A DNA stretch of 64,000 nucleotides from Catajapyx aquilonaris (GCA_000934665.2 KZ538225.1:1-64000); one strand, 5' to 3'; counted from the stretch's first letter, positions 13,899 through 29,727 are shown. A program made the numbers and translations. The notes: generated by a model from the letters alone, not told the origin.

Positions 13899-15522
13899 CG
13901 CGATACTTAAATTGCATGAGTCAGCAATTGCGAACAGCTGTACTTAGCAATATAATATTAATATTCAACACAAAATCTGCATCCACTGACTCATTTCATA
14001 TTTCTGCTGAGCACTTGCCAATAAGTCATGCAGTATTGCTAGTTTTGAAATCCCCTCTCCTCTCTTCCCATCGTTATTACCATCACGAGGCCTTTCACCC
14101 AAATCCGATCAATCTCATAGGATGCGTGAAAGCAGGTGCTTACAGGCCATCCAACTTCCGAACAAGGGGGCCACGCCCAATACACCTGAGGCTATCCCCC
14201 CAGAAGCAATCTAGCTTTCGGCTGTGAAAGTCCACCAAAATCGCTCAGGAGAAGAAGGGGGAAAAGTAGCAAAAATCGTGCCTCCCCCACCGTCCTTCCA
14301 ATCTGATCATAAAAATTGTCCAACCTTGAAGCCCTATAATAACAATAACCTTCCCGATTGTTAAAATGCTTAACCTTTCCCTAGCCTTGAATGAAAATCC
14401 AGTACAACCATGGTCCTCACACAACCAGACGATGGGCACATTTCCAGGCTAAATATTGGAACCTGTCTCCCATTTCGGCGGAGAAACGGCCTCGCAAGAG
14501 GTTTCTGGTTCACACTTCCGGACATTTCAAGCCCGCTTTCCATTTCCAAGTTTTTGAGCTCGAGTTTTTTTTTTACGTAACTATTCCGGCGTGAAACGAG
14601 CTTCCAAGTTACGGTACACGTGAGTCCACTGCGCCAAACTACTCGCATTATGCACCAACTCTTTCTAAGCCGTCGAAACTTCTTCTCGCCCACCTTGCAG
14701 GGTTTTTTTTTACCCCCCCAAAAAACGTATGCGAAATCTCCGGAAACTTGAGCCAAGAACCACGCCCAACGCCATCCGGAAGGGAGAATAGCAAAAGCAG
14801 CATCAATACTTCTCTCTACACAGCACACACCCTACAGCTATGTGGGGGTTATACCAGCATTGTATCCTCCAAAGTGAAAACGCTACCTCTCGCCTTTTCC
14901 CGCTACTTTTCAGCCATTACTGGCCAGCGAAAGCAAATTTGGTCGGGGTTGAACTTTGAGATGCCTGTTTGTACTAGAGAAGGCCACACCCGAACATGAA
15001 AGTGAAACCATTTTTTTTCCCCCATTTTCAAAAACAAATGTTGCCCCCTCCTAGCTTGCTACAGGGGCTAAGGCAACTAATGCTTTTCCATTCCGGTTGG
15101 GCAGTGCCTGTAGGTAATGATGGCTGGTTCGTTGGCCCATCTGGCTGGCGGGGGATGGAATGCGCCCCTATTATCTGATGGGGGAAGGCCATCCTAACAA
15201 CGTGGTCCATTTTCCGTCACATTTTCTGACCAGCCGGATTGTATTCCCTATGGGTGCTTACCGTCACGCCTTATGTTTAAGGACATAACCTATAAAACCA
15301 GCAGGTCGTGGCCCAGAAAGTCCACGGTGTGCACACCATTCCTCCCACTATTTCCAAACTTTCTCTCACTTTACTGCCTTAAAAATATGTATACCGTTCT
15401 GTAATTAGATACTCCGCATGTCAAGGTCTTTGATTTGACCTGGGTGCACCTGCAGATGACCATGTATGTGGGTCACATTTAGCATCGGAACAGACATGCC
15501 ACGCGCATAACCCTCCCCCCCC

Positions 15523-15578
15523 NNNNNNNNNNNNNNNNNNNNNNNNNNNNNNNNNNNNNNNNNNNNNNNNNNNNNNNN
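15523..15578. other. Assembly gap (56 N) inside a poly-C tract
   Basis: Run of n flanked by C homopolymers on both sides. Confidence 0.99.
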
Positions 15579-18079
15579 CCCCCCCCCCCCCCCCATCAAC
15601 ACTGACGCACATGGGAACTTAAATCGATAGCAAAAGAACCATTTCGTGACTTTACCTTACTATTGATGAACACACACTGGCTTTGCACACACTCACGCAC
15701 TAATAAAAATCGTTGCACCAGGCTCACTATTTTTTTTGGACTGGACTCGGGGACGGTTCGGATCTTGGAAGACCACACTTTGTCACTGGTCACTTGATGT
15801 AAATTCACTTTTTTTTCTGTACAAAAAAAAATTGGGTTTTGTCGGGAGGGTTGGCGCGAGTCGACCTGCCTGATTGCCGGCCAGACGCCGGTTTGAGCCC
15901 CCGCCACAGTTCCCCAGCTCCCGAGCGCCTACAGGAACGGCCTCCCCTAGCCTCGCACGCAGGGTGGGATGGGAATGAAGGGAGGGAGGCCCCCTTTCCA
16001 ACCACTCCTGCCCCTGACAAGGGATTCACCAGTCGAGCGCCACTTTTCAAACACCGAACCAATATTTCCTACAAACACAACATTTCAATTAAAAATTAAA
16101 AATTTAAAAAAAAACTGTGCAAAAAATGTTCGCGAACTTGTAATTAAAATCCAAGCATAATTGGTCCTAATTAATTCTGCTATTTCTTGCAAGGGAGTGT
16201 ATCCAATAATTATGCGCCTATTTATAGTCTAGAATTAATGAAAGATGAACGGCACACCAGGTTTATAACCCTAAATAATTGCTGGGACCAGGATATCCTA
16301 CTATGCAGTACACTCGTGAATAATTCATGTTATAGCCTCGTGATTTTTTCCCCCCCATTTTGAATTGCGTAACGCACGCCTCGGGTGGAAAATATAAATA
16401 AACACCGCAAAATTGGACAAATATTGAACTAATATTTTTTAGAAAGCTTTATTTTTACGAGCAGTCATTAAAACAATAAACGTTTTAATGGGCTCAAAAT
16501 GCTCCTCCCAGTCTTTGATTTTTGTTCATTTTCATCCGTATCGATTAGATTTTACTAGTGTTTTGCGTGCTATTTTCAGTATTGACCTTAGCCCACGATA
16601 GCATGCCAGATGGATATTATCGTAATCCTATTACTTTGCCCGGTATTGCTATACCTACGACATTATCCTAGCGGAGGGTGATAAAATGCCAAAGAATGTT
16701 CTGTATCTATCTGGTGGCGAATGTGGGAGTCACATTATAGTCCCTACTGTTCCCTCTTTTATTATACTGTGCAGACCACCTCTGCAGTATAATGACGTCA
16801 CTATCTGTCACCCATATTTATAAAGATATTGCACTGTACTACCACAGTGCAGTGTCATACTTCGAAAGTGCTCACAGCACTGTATAAAGACCACGTAATT
16901 ATCCCGCCACAATACTGTACCAGCAGTACAGTGTGAAATGTAAATTAATGCACTTTTGAAATGAGTAGCTCGAGTGTAACGATACTCCTCAGAAATCTGC
17001 AAACTATTAAATTTTGCTGAATTGATAAATCACGAGCAAAGAATAATAATTTCTCCATCTGCTTTCATCACAATTTCCTCACATTGAATTTTTTGTGTTT
17101 ATCAGCGAATGAGCACAGGTTCCCAATTTTTTCCTCTACATGCCCTCCACACAACCTTGCCTTCAATTAACTTTCAATGCTTTTCAAAAAAGTCACACAA
17201 AAAGAAAAGGTATACCGGTACGCATTTAACGAGCAAGTGTTCAGCATGGTCAATTTTCAGAATTGCTGCACAAAATCAGGTCCGGACAAGAGGCGCCTTC
17301 GAGGCAAGCATCTATAATCTAATTTTATTTACGGTAATCACAGGTCTTTCACATTTTCTCGCCAACATTTCACGCACGAACTGCCAAATAACGAAGTACA
17401 AAAAGCCTATTTTCTGCCAAGTCCATCATCATTCCGATGATCACGCGTGGCTTTTGGGCACAAACCCGCCTTAATCGCAACTCTCACGGATAATTTTTCA
17501 ACCCTCGCATTCCCAACATTTCCCGATATCGACTGAGAAAAACGGTTCGTCGCGACGCAGGAAGCTATCAGGTCGATATTCCATCTTAGTTATCACCTGT
17601 CCTGAGGGACTTTGGCTGGGCAATTGGATTACGGGAGAGAGAGTCCAAAAACCAGGCTGCTGTGGGGGAAGGTTTTTATCTCTTGGATTTGATAAATTTC
17701 CTCTCAGGTTTGTCAGCGGAACTTTTCTTCGGACCATAGCAGCTTTCACCCTAGGACCTCGGTAATTGCGGAAACTGCATGACATAACTGCACTGTAGGC
17801 GGCTTTCCCCAAGCCACATCTTCAGGAAATCTGCTAAAGGATGCCAGGGCCTTACGTGTGCATATACACCAAATAACCCAAATAAACACAGGCATAAAAA
17901 TAAATGCCGAAATTGAATCCATTAAAAGGGAACCTGAAAGCAAGCGCTTTGGCTAATGAAAGTGTTAAAAGCCGGTGCATAAATCAAGAGTAGTGACGGA
18001 ATCACGCAACCATTGTCCTAATTAGCAGGGGCGCACAAACACCTGAATGTGTACCGCATAAGGCACTATAGCTATATAG

Positions 18080-18358
18080 CAGCGGTTCCCAAACTTTTTG
18101 AGTCGCGTAACCCTTAACGAATCACTATTATTAGGCGGAACCCCAACACCAAATGAAAATTCAACTAGTAATTGTTAACATGCAAAACAAATTTCTAGTA
18201 ATGTTTTTACTTGCTATAACTTTTACTAAGTTGATCACACAATATGATGACTTCAAATTAAACAAACTGCATTTTCAAATAAGAATCATTTATTCACATT
18301 CATATTCAAATATTAAAATGTAGGTTTGTACAGTTAACCGACTCGCGGAACCCCACTG
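18080..18358. mobile_element. Degenerate hAT-type DNA transposon remnant
   Basis: Left end CAGCGGTTCCCAAACT resembles Charlie-type hAT termini; internal gcggaacccc repeats; right end only partial (gcggaaccccactg); no clean 8-bp TSD. Confidence 0.45.
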
Positions 18359-21300
18359 AGCTATAGCATTGTAGTCAGGGAGTACAATTTATTGTACAGT
18401 AATATTAAAATTAAAATTCTTATACTAATTACGTTATTAGTGTAAATTTTATCAGTAATATTTTCTGTACATTTCCCAATATTTGTGAGGCCGGTCACCA
18501 ACATCTTCAGGGACGCCACCCTGGGTATGCCCATGCATAAACCCTGTAACACTTATGTCCCAGCTAATGCATGCGCTGACAGCGCTTAGAGCGGATAAAT
18601 AAAAAAGAGCATCTCTTTTAATTAGTCGTTTCCTGAGGGGACCCCGCCCTGTCCAATCCATTAGACGACATTAACATTGCCAATCGATGTCGGGCGCGGA
18701 TCCAAAGCGTCCATCCTAATGACGTCACGCTTTCGTCCGATTTCCACGTGTTGGCCATTACCGTCAGATGCACTGCCCCTTCGCCTTTCCCACTAAATAT
18801 GCCAGGAGAAAAGGCGAATTTCGTGCCGGTGCAGGGGAAAAAAAAGCAGCAGATACTTCGTCATCGTACCGTCCCACGACTGGTATAGGACAACTTTGGT
18901 GGATTATGGACTAAATATAGCGACTCGCGACCGGCTATTTTTATTATTCAGTTTGTACTTGGATAGTTAAAAAAGCGACCTGTAGCCTGCAGGCTTGCTG
19001 GATGTAGTGGGTTACTTTAACAAACCTTGATGGGGTCGGGGCAGTAGGTTAATAGTGCCTGCTGGGAGTATTAATGGTTCGAATTAAAAGGTACATTCTA
19101 TTACTGAGTGTCAATGTGATAGCATATGTTAAAGTTTGCAAAGTAGGCCTAATTAGCCTATTACGCTGTTGTTGCTAGATCGTAACACGAGTAGGCCGAC
19201 ATACATACAAGATGACTCAGTGACTATATCTCCAAACTGTTATAGTGTGGCCTATTAAATGGTGATATTGTAACGTTAACTGCAATTTAAATCCGATATA
19301 AGTGAAATAATACTGATAATTGATGAATATAGACGATCATATCGCAACCCATATCGAGTGTACAGTGGTAGCTATTATTTGCAGTTCCATGCCATATAAT
19401 GTTCTGATATTGCTGGTAGACCTCGACAAAATCCCTCAACCAAACCATTACAAATTTAAATAGCTAATAATGGAAATACGTATAAAAACCACCAACCCTG
19501 CATTAATGAGGCCCTACAGCAATTACAATTCCATACTTTTACACAAATTACAAACATGGCTTTTTCGCTCCACATTCAGTACACATTCATGCTATGACAT
19601 TTCCTCTTCTTTTTTTTTTTTAATCTAACCGACCCATGACCCCCTCGTATGGTGTAAAAACGTCCTCCCAGTTTGTCCCAGTGACAGCCTCAATAAAAAG
19701 CAAAGGGTTGCCACCTTCGCCATAATTTGTCACAGAATTACTCATGTGCGCAACAACCTACCAGCCCCCCAAGGGTTACGCTTCTCAGTGATTTTCTCGA
19801 GACCACCCCCACCAAAAAACCACTCATCCATCTCTGATGAGTCAAGTGTCTCGGATGGAATGAGAGGACACAGATGGCCTCCTAGTGTAAGTTTAGGAAG
19901 GGCCGAAAGTCATTCAGTGGATGGGCGTTACTTTTGCAAGGTCACCTTCGCCAATTTCTGCGCCAGATCACGCTTGGAAATACGCACTCATTGTGTAATA
20001 GTCTGTGTAACTTTTTTTTTTCTTCCGAAACTAGTACTCACCAGACATCTTCAGGGCGGTAGGTTGCTCCTAGACGCGTCCGATCACCTGCAACAAACAA
20101 GTATATTAGCAATCGTAATTTCGCTTTTCAGATCCATGCTCTTGATATCAATACACACACCTAAGAGCATGACCTTCCATGCCATTGTTCTTATTAGCTC
20201 TGACACATTCTTAGCCCACTATTATCATTATTCACGCCTCCGTTCCATTAGCATTTGACTGATATGAGAATCCCAGTTTGCATGCACTGAATAATGTGGG
20301 TGCCTTTTTTTTAACATTATGTGACTGGCATTTCTCGCACACGTGACACTGCCCCACATTATACCAGGCATGTGAACATGTCCTCTTAAAAAACATCACC
20401 GTCATAAAATGTCACACTTCGACGGTGACTGGGGTGGAAACTTTTCATTGTTTTAGTGATACGCACATAACACGTATGTTATATTGCATGTTGAAGCTAT
20501 TATCATGCTCAAATAATCGAGTGGGAACAATATCGGCTCAGAACAAAGCCAAACCGCTAATGCAACTAAAACAATTGCCACCCAGCTGCAATACTTCCCC
20601 CGCATGACAACCATTACAAAAAGTGAATATTCTGCAAGTTCCCCATTAGCGCCACCGACTTTCCTCCCATTTACACGTGTTCCCACAAAACGAGCTCATA
20701 TTTGCCAAGCACGCACCAACTCCCACGGTTAATCCCCTCAATTCGCAATAATTGTCATTACAATTCCGTTTCAATCATTCGTCCGCAAAGGGGATTCCCA
20801 AATCCTCTCCACAAACCTGGGCATTTACGCCGCTCCGGGCACGCCTCGGCAGGGTGCCCCAAAATGGGCTCATCTGAATCAAAAAAACCACCAGTAAATC
20901 CCACCCATATAATTCTGTCATCTCGTCTGATCCTATTGGCATGTCTGACCGCAATCTCTGATTCTCTGGTTAGTCTAGCCAATTCCACATGATGTCACCC
21001 TTTGTTCAATGCTAATTCGTGTGACATGGAGACAAATTGCAGCCAGCCTCCAGGGTATCATCACTGCATCATATTTCACCTTCTCTCCCCAGAAAGAAGA
21101 TTACGAGCATTCCTTATGAGACCATGCAAGAGGCATAAAACTGGGAACCGGTCTGGCGTTTAAGAGCCTGGGACTCGTCATATACATGCCTGAGCCCGCA
21201 GGGAATTACTCGGAGGTTAAAAATATGCAGAGACATGCAGGCTAACCAGCCTTTATGTAACCTCGCCAAGGGATAAAGCCGCTATTGGACCCTGGGCTTG

Positions 21301-24300
21301 GGTCCGCACTATCCACGTACAGATACGGATATGTCGATATCGCCACACAAAATAGCTCCTGAGCCAACAATGATTCACTTCTTATCATTGAAGGCGATTC
21401 CATATTCGTCTGTTATTTTCGACTGTAGCATTTCTCTCAGTTTTTGTATGGTTGCAGAAGGTCAGCTGGGACAGGCCAAGTGGAAGAAACCGAGCTTCCG
21501 GCCACGTCATGGAGTAAGAAGGCCGATTTAGGCGTCAACTTCCGTCACCTCCGTTCTCGATAAGAAGTATAAATTGACTCACAACTCAGGGTCCAAGGAA
21601 GCCCTGCAGACCCAAACATATTCCCGGCACGTACACACTCCTGTAATCTCATCTAATTTGGAATTATCATTCCAGCCTTTAACATTGAGTTTCATGAGTC
21701 ATTCAACACCCACACTTGGCTACAATTTGAATGAAATTGTTCAGGGTGTCCCAGAATTCGGCTCACATAATCAGTGCAAAGAATTCATTTCATGCTGTGC
21801 GATAGTAATTGCTGTATATTGCACTCGCTTCGCACGCTTTCGGCGCTTGGCACCCCCGAGTTAGGAATTGCCCTGTGGTGCCAGAAACGACACATTCAAA
21901 TAAGGGAGTCATAATACACAGCGCAGATGTCGGTTGCCATATTTCGGTTTTTCAACATATCGAATGCTATTTTGTATTCATAAAACATCGATTGTCGATA
22001 TCGAAATTATGATATCGTACACCCTATACTCCACATCTCCCTTCCTGAATATGGCCCCCAACCATATAGTGACGTCGGGTGAACCTTGGCTACTGTTCTA
22101 ATCTGCTCCTCCACTTGTGCCCCCCTCGTGTTCAAAATAATTCATCGAACCTTGATCCGAATTTGCACCAGATCCCTCCCGATATGTTGGACCCCCCTTT
22201 GAAATGAAGACGCGGTTAAACCCACCCATATCGTACCATGCGTCGAAATTGAGGCCGCCAAGTGCCAGTCTTCTGGAAATCTCAACATCTGACGAGTGGG
22301 ACAAACTTGGCAGCTCCCTAAAATCAACTCGGAAACACGTCACGGAGCACAATCCACCCACACTATCTCCAGAGAGGAAGAGGAGGCATTCTGGAGAGAA
22401 GTTAATTATTCACTCCAGTCGCTGGAATAACTCAGCTAACTGCCTCCAGTCGTGTATTTGATTGCCTTTATCTCTACAACGTTTCGGGAAGCACGCTTCA
22501 TTGCTCCCCTCCAAGCCTTATACCCTTATCCATTCAAATCACAGATACCTCAGCCAGGAGAGTTGCCACGAACACATTTTATTTCCAGCCGCAGCTGCAC
22601 TCTTAAAAATATTTTAGCACAAAAAGTCTGAAATCCTGAAAATTCATCGAATGTCAAGTAAAAATTGCTCATTTGTCAGATTTCATTTTCGTCGACTATT
22701 ACTGCAAAAAAAACCATTACTCCACGATTACATACATTATAAACCAGATACCATGCTATACGAACATTATTTTTGAATTGTTGCATCCCTTCCAAAAATA
22801 TCCGGGTCTGTCGCTTGTTATTCAGGTCCGGAAGGCGCCTTCCTATGGGAGGAAAAAAAAGGTGCAAAGGAGTCCCAAGACACGTTCGGTAGCGCAAAAA
22901 AAGTGTCGAAATGCTATTCGTTGGGGCGAGGTCCCCATGGTGCAGTTGATCTGAGGCTCCATTTTCGACATAAGAGGTTCGTGAGGGTATTCCCCGGGTG
23001 CCCTCAGGATTCATCGGGTCAAACCAATAAAAGGGATTTTCCTGTACCCAGAAACTCCCTTGCAATACACACCGTTGCCAGACTTTGTTCCGTTCCATTT
23101 AAATTTACGACAATTAACAGGCTCGACTTATCCTATCGCCCATTTAATGCCTGTGTTATCTAAGCGCCGGCCGTGGATGTGTAATTGGGCCCCCCGTTTT
23201 GCAGCAATATTTCTTTATTGTCTCATCAAATTTGGGAGTACGGTATGAAGCCGGTATGATGCCATAAAATCCTTTTCGTCACGTAATACATCACAGGGAT
23301 GCAAAATTGTGTAGCCCTTCCCCTACGATCCCGAAACGGCCTCATATAAATCTGCGTTATGGTGCACTAACTATAATTAAACCCTTTCATCATCTCCCTC
23401 ATCTCAAGGAACGCTGCTCCCCCAAATCTGATCCTACTACAATTCATGCAATCTTCATGCAATGAGTGCATTTTATCTTTCCCTTTCCGCAAAAATTATA
23501 TTCCAGCATGGGCGAATTAATTACAAACGGTTTTTTCCCCTCTTCAAAGCATCCACGCCGCAGTTGACCCCCGCATATTAAAATTGCAACGTGCAATGAC
23601 CTTAAATGTGTTTCACAAATATCCAGGAATGCCAGGATATGTAACCTGCTTTACCAAAAAATTTCGAAGCGGTTTTGGCACGTCTCGATAAGTTCGCCCT
23701 GCATACCCTGCGTGCAACCTGAAACCGCTCAACCGTCTCTGGAAGTGACATTCATAGCCGTACAGGTATACGTGCATTATCAGGTCCTCCTCTGAATTCA
23801 ACCGCAAGTGCCATCAGCGGTGCTTAGAATCTAAAACCACTTCATTATGCAACCCCTAGCCCTCCCCATCTTCCCTAAAACCAAACTTTCTCCAAACCCT
23901 AAGCAGAACAGATCCATTTGCTCCAACCACCATCACATTTGGTACTGTCTCGGTTCTTGTCGATGCTTTGACGGATCGCTGTACGCTTCATGTCAAAAGA
24001 CTCTGCTTTCACCATTGCTTCACCTATAAGCATCTTATTTCTAGGAACATCGTTAGCGAATTTGTTGCGTAGTTTATACCCAGCTCGTTATAAAATACTT
24101 TCTGCACACAAAATCGGGGCAGAAGAGTGCTGTAATAACACCATTCCGTCGATACGTGGAAGGGCTGGGTTCATTACTGACGGTAACGACCGTCAATCTT
24201 GGAGGGTCGTAAACAGGGGTTCCACACAATCGGTTGTGGAAAAATAGGAAGTGTAATTAGTGGAGTCGTTTATTGTACACCCTCAAATGTGAACAGGTTA

Positions 24301-27300
24301 CTGTTTTCAAGCCTAATCTCACACATTAAGGCTAATAACTACTTGTGATTCATGTTACCTCGACAAATATACCACCATACAGTGCAAATATGGTTGGCCA
24401 GTTACGCCCCATTTCAGGATTTTAACGTCAGTTGATGACCTTGCATTGCATCAAGTCCGTTGCTCCCGATGAATATATATTTTTTGAGGAAACCACTTTG
24501 ACCCACAGTATATCAGAGGCACATGTTTGTCGCAATCTGTGACTAACGAGAACGATAAGCAGGGCACTTTTTGCGCCACCAATTACTGTATGTCCTATAT
24601 ATGTTTATTTGTCTGCCTGCTCGTTACAGAAGCTGCTGCAGCACAATCAAATCAATAAATTGCGTCGTATAGTACAAATCAACTGATGTGATTATCACTG
24701 CAAAACATCATTAATTTTCTAGGCTCGTGCGACCTTCATAACCTATTTTCTTCCTGTACCATTAGTGACCATAACAGAAGGGTTCACTTCTTAAATTATT
24801 CATGAAGTACTGGAAATAAAATTAATATTTTAGTTCTTGCTAACAACCGAATCACATTGCAATGTAAGCCCACCTATTGATCAATCTTTCGTCAAATCAG
24901 CCATGCAGTATTCACCATTACATGCACGTATCTATTCATAGGTGAGCTAAGACCACATGCGTCATATCCGGCGTGAGCACTGTACAGTGCAGCCCTGCAC
25001 TTCCGCACAAAAACAAAGCTGTAGAGTACTATTAAACATCTGCACTATTTCCCCTATACAATAGCCGTGTTACGCTGGCACAAAATCTCAACTCTCAACA
25101 GTTCAGAGTGCATGAAACCAGATGTCCTAAAGCGCACTTGGACCCCACTGATTAAATTCATGACCAGTGGCCGTTTTGTCCAGATGCTCCATACACTGCT
25201 CTTATTAGATTCCATTCTACCCCAACCCGGAGGACCACAACAATTTACAATTGTTTGGGGGAGAATAAAAATTACTCAGCCACACGGTGGCCTCTCGCTT
25301 ATTAAATTGGGTGTAATTAACCCACTCGCCGGCCAAAATGCCAACTAACTAATGCGATGTCAAAATAATTTTGCAGCCACCATGTTTTATGCATGCCGTT
25401 AATGATCACCGGGAATACTACCCGAATTCAAACATACGCCACACGGCATATATCGGCTTTCCATTATTGCATTAACGTAATATCCGCCTCTCCTTTTATA
25501 CCAGAACATGGCCAGGGGGCTACAAACGTCATAGCAATTTGCCAAAAACGTTTGGGCAACCCGCCAAAATATGCACTGGCTCCAAAACGGTTCAAGACTC
25601 GCTTATTTATTAATTTAATTAGCAGTTATTACTCGTGTACTTGCACAAGTTCCTCCCCGTGACTTACAGCTAACAACTCTATTTGCAGGTGCTAGTAGGC
25701 AAGCGACAACTTCCGCCTCTAATTGCACCCGCTAATCACAGTCCCTGAATGGGTATGAGGGGACCCATGGACAATTAGGGTGATTAGTCTGGGAAAGTGG
25801 TCTAGTCGGAACAAGACATCCCCCTACCAATATATCCACCTTATATGACTCACTTCCTGTATTTGGGATGTGGGGGAGTATTAGCTAGGGTCAGCTTCAC
25901 AAACATGATAAGCATTTGAGTCAGGTCGGACCCTAAAACCCTTATCGATTGCGTCACCGAACCCAAAGCTGACCTCACCATCCGGCCTTCCTATAGGCTC
26001 CGTTCTGCAACATTATAGCCACTGCATCAATGGTCTCATTAATGATGCCCCACTAGACACGATTGCATATTCCCTGAAGAACCGGGTGTCATTGGCCTCA
26101 TTCAACTCACCTCCCTACCCACCTTTTTGTGACTTTTATTGTAGGTTCACTTTGTTGATTCGGTTTGCGTGCTATCGATTCATAACCCGCATGAGTCAAT
26201 TCGCGGCATTATTTAAGGCACACTTGCGCATTACAGCGTGATCGCACTAAAAAAAAACACAACCTTGATTACATCCCAATGTGACCTATAAACAGCTTCA
26301 CACACTTTGTAATACCTTGGTCACAGCCAGTTACTTTCTGGATTCTAACACGTACAAGTACCTGTAACATGTCCATTTAACGATAGCATCCGGCAGTCCA
26401 ACAAACAGAGCAACCAGCACGTTTGTTCCGTCTGTTGAACACTACATCGGGTTCACATGAGGGCATTCTGGCTACGACCCTGCGACCATCAGCCTTTTAA
26501 TCAGCTGACTGCTACTCGTGATCATATTTTAATTGCTCATCACCACAGTGACGTCAAAGCTGACCATCTCCTTTTCAAGAGTTTCCCGGAAGACCCGATA
26601 ACCATCCAGTTCTATGTACTGCTACTTGGAAAGCTCGAAATCGGCAAGAACGTGTGACCGCGGAACCTGCACCATCGGTCACTTGCAACTCATGTGGGTT
26701 GAAGTGAAAGGGGTCGCAAAACCTCCCACTGCAAAACGTGGCAAAACGGTCCCAGGTGCAGAACCGGTCCTCATACTCAACCGAAAAAAATCTCCTTGAG
26801 GGTTATCATCCTTGAACCCCCCATATTGAAGCGGCACTTGAACCCCCCTGTAGGCTTCAATCAGATTTCGGCAATTTCGTCACCTGGCTCAAGAATGCAA
26901 TAAATCAGCTCCTGGAATGCAGACGTCGTCCGGACTGCCTCGCAAAGTAGGCCATTCGGTACGCTCGGGGTCACCACGTACTGGCGTCACTAAATAATTG
27001 CTAAGGTGGGGGAATAACCTAAAGGAGGACAGCATAGGGTCAACCTTCCAGTATATACGGCACGCAAAATTGCCCCGTAAAAACACAACTCCGTCTATAT
27101 ATAGCAATTGTAGGTCAATATTCTAGGGACGGTGAAGGTTTCTAAGCATAATGTCAGCGCTGGGCTTCTCACTCCCATTACCCCAGAAAAGGCCAGAATC
27201 AATGATACGGTTATTATTCTCAGAGGGCGCTACCCCATTTGGCCAAATAGTCGGATAAAACAGACCATGGCAGAGACACCTGTCGTGCTTCTCTAGCACT

Positions 27301-29377
27301 ACATACTTGCATAGTGCGTAGTATTTTTTATGATCTAGCTGGCATCCGTCGGGCAGACCCTGAACTACGATCAGGGCTTGACTCGAAGGTCACTTGAGAT
27401 GTGAAAAGTGACCTTCATCAAAGTGCTATTATGAATGCACGGCCCGTCGGAATGTTTATTAAGTGCACGTGACTTGCTGTGCATGATAATCTAATCAGCT
27501 GCTCGTACATTAGAAAGGTTGTTTAAAAGAGGGAGTTTAAAAAATATGCAAGGAGCTAAGAAGGAATGGCATGTGGTATAAACAGGGGTTGTGCACGCCC
27601 CCAACAGGTGCCTGTAAAAATACTGCGGAATGTAAATGTTATCTTGACGTATTTATCCGGATTGACGTCACAGGTTGATAGTGTCACTGTCAATTGGGTG
27701 GTATTATGTGGGAGCTAGGTTGACAGGTGCATCCAGGCCGCACTGTACAGTATGTCCTCTGCGAAACCAGTCATGGCGGATACTATTCCAGTCAGATCAA
27801 ATTAATTTCAATTCATATTAGTCAGGAATTACATCTGATATGGACTAACTTCGCTAACACCCATCACTGATTATGCTGTAGGACAGTGTATTGCACTCTA
27901 GTTCTATTATAAGAAGGTCCATTCTCCTTTCACCCATGTTTTCATACTCCTACCAGTTGCTCAACATTAGTTATTCATAAAACTGTGTCAATAATAAGAG
28001 CAATGCATGGCCATTCACATTTACTGCTGGATTGCGCAAACTGTGGGAAAAATACATTTCACGATGTCACTGATGGCAAGTGGTACTTTTTCATATTTCA
28101 CCGTGTTTCACCTTAACCATTTAATTGGCACCGTATTTGCAACAGGACAGGCAGAGAGAAAGTGCGCGAATCAGTCAGTGCATACGATGGGACACATCGT
28201 CAAGGAACAGAATATACACCATCCGGTTCGAGCACCCTCTCTGGCAGGCCCACTACAAATGTTTGAAAACGATATATTTCTACAGATACAGCCATACAGG
28301 TCAATTAGAGGGTCAACAGAGCAGACGTGTAAATGCACTGTATGCCACAGAGCATGCATTCAGTGAATTTGCAAATAAAGATTACAGTTACTATTACAAA
28401 TCATAGTGCACTTGGGACTTTTCATCACGCAGGGTGTACCCTAAATCCCAATCACATTCCTCCTTAATATTCCAATCATATTATTCATATTTGCATTTTC
28501 AGACTTGTAATTCTGAACCTGACAATCAGGAGGTTTCAAGACTCGTATATGAATTCTTCAATAAGTAAACTCACATCTGGTACATTTTCCAAAACACTCC
28601 TAATAAATGATGTTATTTTCTTGGGTCGCAACTAAGAATGCAATATCATCCAGTCACCTGCTGATAAATTCACCTGCAATTCAGTGTGCTATCATCAAGA
28701 GGGCATTAATTCACGACTTTCAATTCACCTGTACACAAGTGACACTTACAAACACTGATTACTAACTGCACATTGTAAAGAAGCCCATAATTTGAACATT
28801 TATGTTTTGATTTGAGGTCAGACAGATATTCCCTAAAAACAAAACTAGAAATATTTACGTAAATATCTCCTCAAACTACAAAATACAACTTACAGGATAT
28901 AATATATTATTGTTGCAGGGTGCATGAAGGTCAATATAGTCTCTAGTGGTTATGCCAATAGCCAAGCGGGGGGTTAGGGTTCAAATCCCATCCCCATTAT
29001 ACCTCTGCTTGGCAATCTCTTTTGCAGGCAAACCCGAGCATATTCAAACATGTGTGGAAAATGAAATCAATGATTCATGACATTTGGATGGTGTAATTTT
29101 TAAAGTTACAAAAACAGCATATGCTGCTTAGATCCCAAGATCAACACTAATAAGGTGGCTGTGATACATTCTATCATAACAGCAAAAAAAAAATGTCAAC
29201 ACAACTGCAGTGTTCTTTGACAAAGTAACACAGTAACTGACCAGTGAGTACATTTCATCTTGCTACCATAATGTTTACGAGTTATAATTTTCTAGCAAAA
29301 AAGTTGGAAATATACTGACAAACTTCACTGATGGCAGTTTTTTTTTCCTCCCCTCGTGAAACAAATCATGCAAAAAT

Positions 29378-29727
29378 GGGAGGTGGAGTGGTGCTGTGGT
29401 AACGTATGCGCCCACGGATGTTAAGGTCCCGGGTTCGATCCCAGCCCGGGGACACCCCCTTCATCTCGTGCAGAGTTCTGGGTCACCTCTGGCTTCGTCT
29501 CGGGTGGTATTTCCTACAGATCAAACCACCCAGGGAATTCACTAAAAATGGCCACTTAAAGACATTGCACTGCACCTTGCACATCCCCTCCTGTCATCCT
29601 GCCCGTGGACCCGGGCGATTCGCTCAAGGTTCCAGCATTGTACTGCATTGTACTTCAAGTATAATAAAGGTCCGTGCCGCATACCCTATATAGGGTCAGG
29701 CACTACCCAAGGATTAGTTTTTAAAAA
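29378..29727 (+). mobile_element. tRNA-derived SINE (~350 bp)
   Basis: Pol III A box TGGTGCTGTGG (29389-29399) and B box GGTTCGATCCC (29432-29442), tRNA-unrelated body, T/A-rich tail, flanked by a 10-bp direct repeat ATGCAAAAAT (29368-29377 and 29728-29737). Confidence 0.8.

Noticed and set aside
13722..13910. Poly-Ile ORF
   Set aside because: Artefact of the (ATT)n microsatellite.
29378..29455. Possible tRNA gene
   Set aside because: Acceptor and anticodon stems do not pair properly and the sequence continues into a TSD-bounded SINE body.
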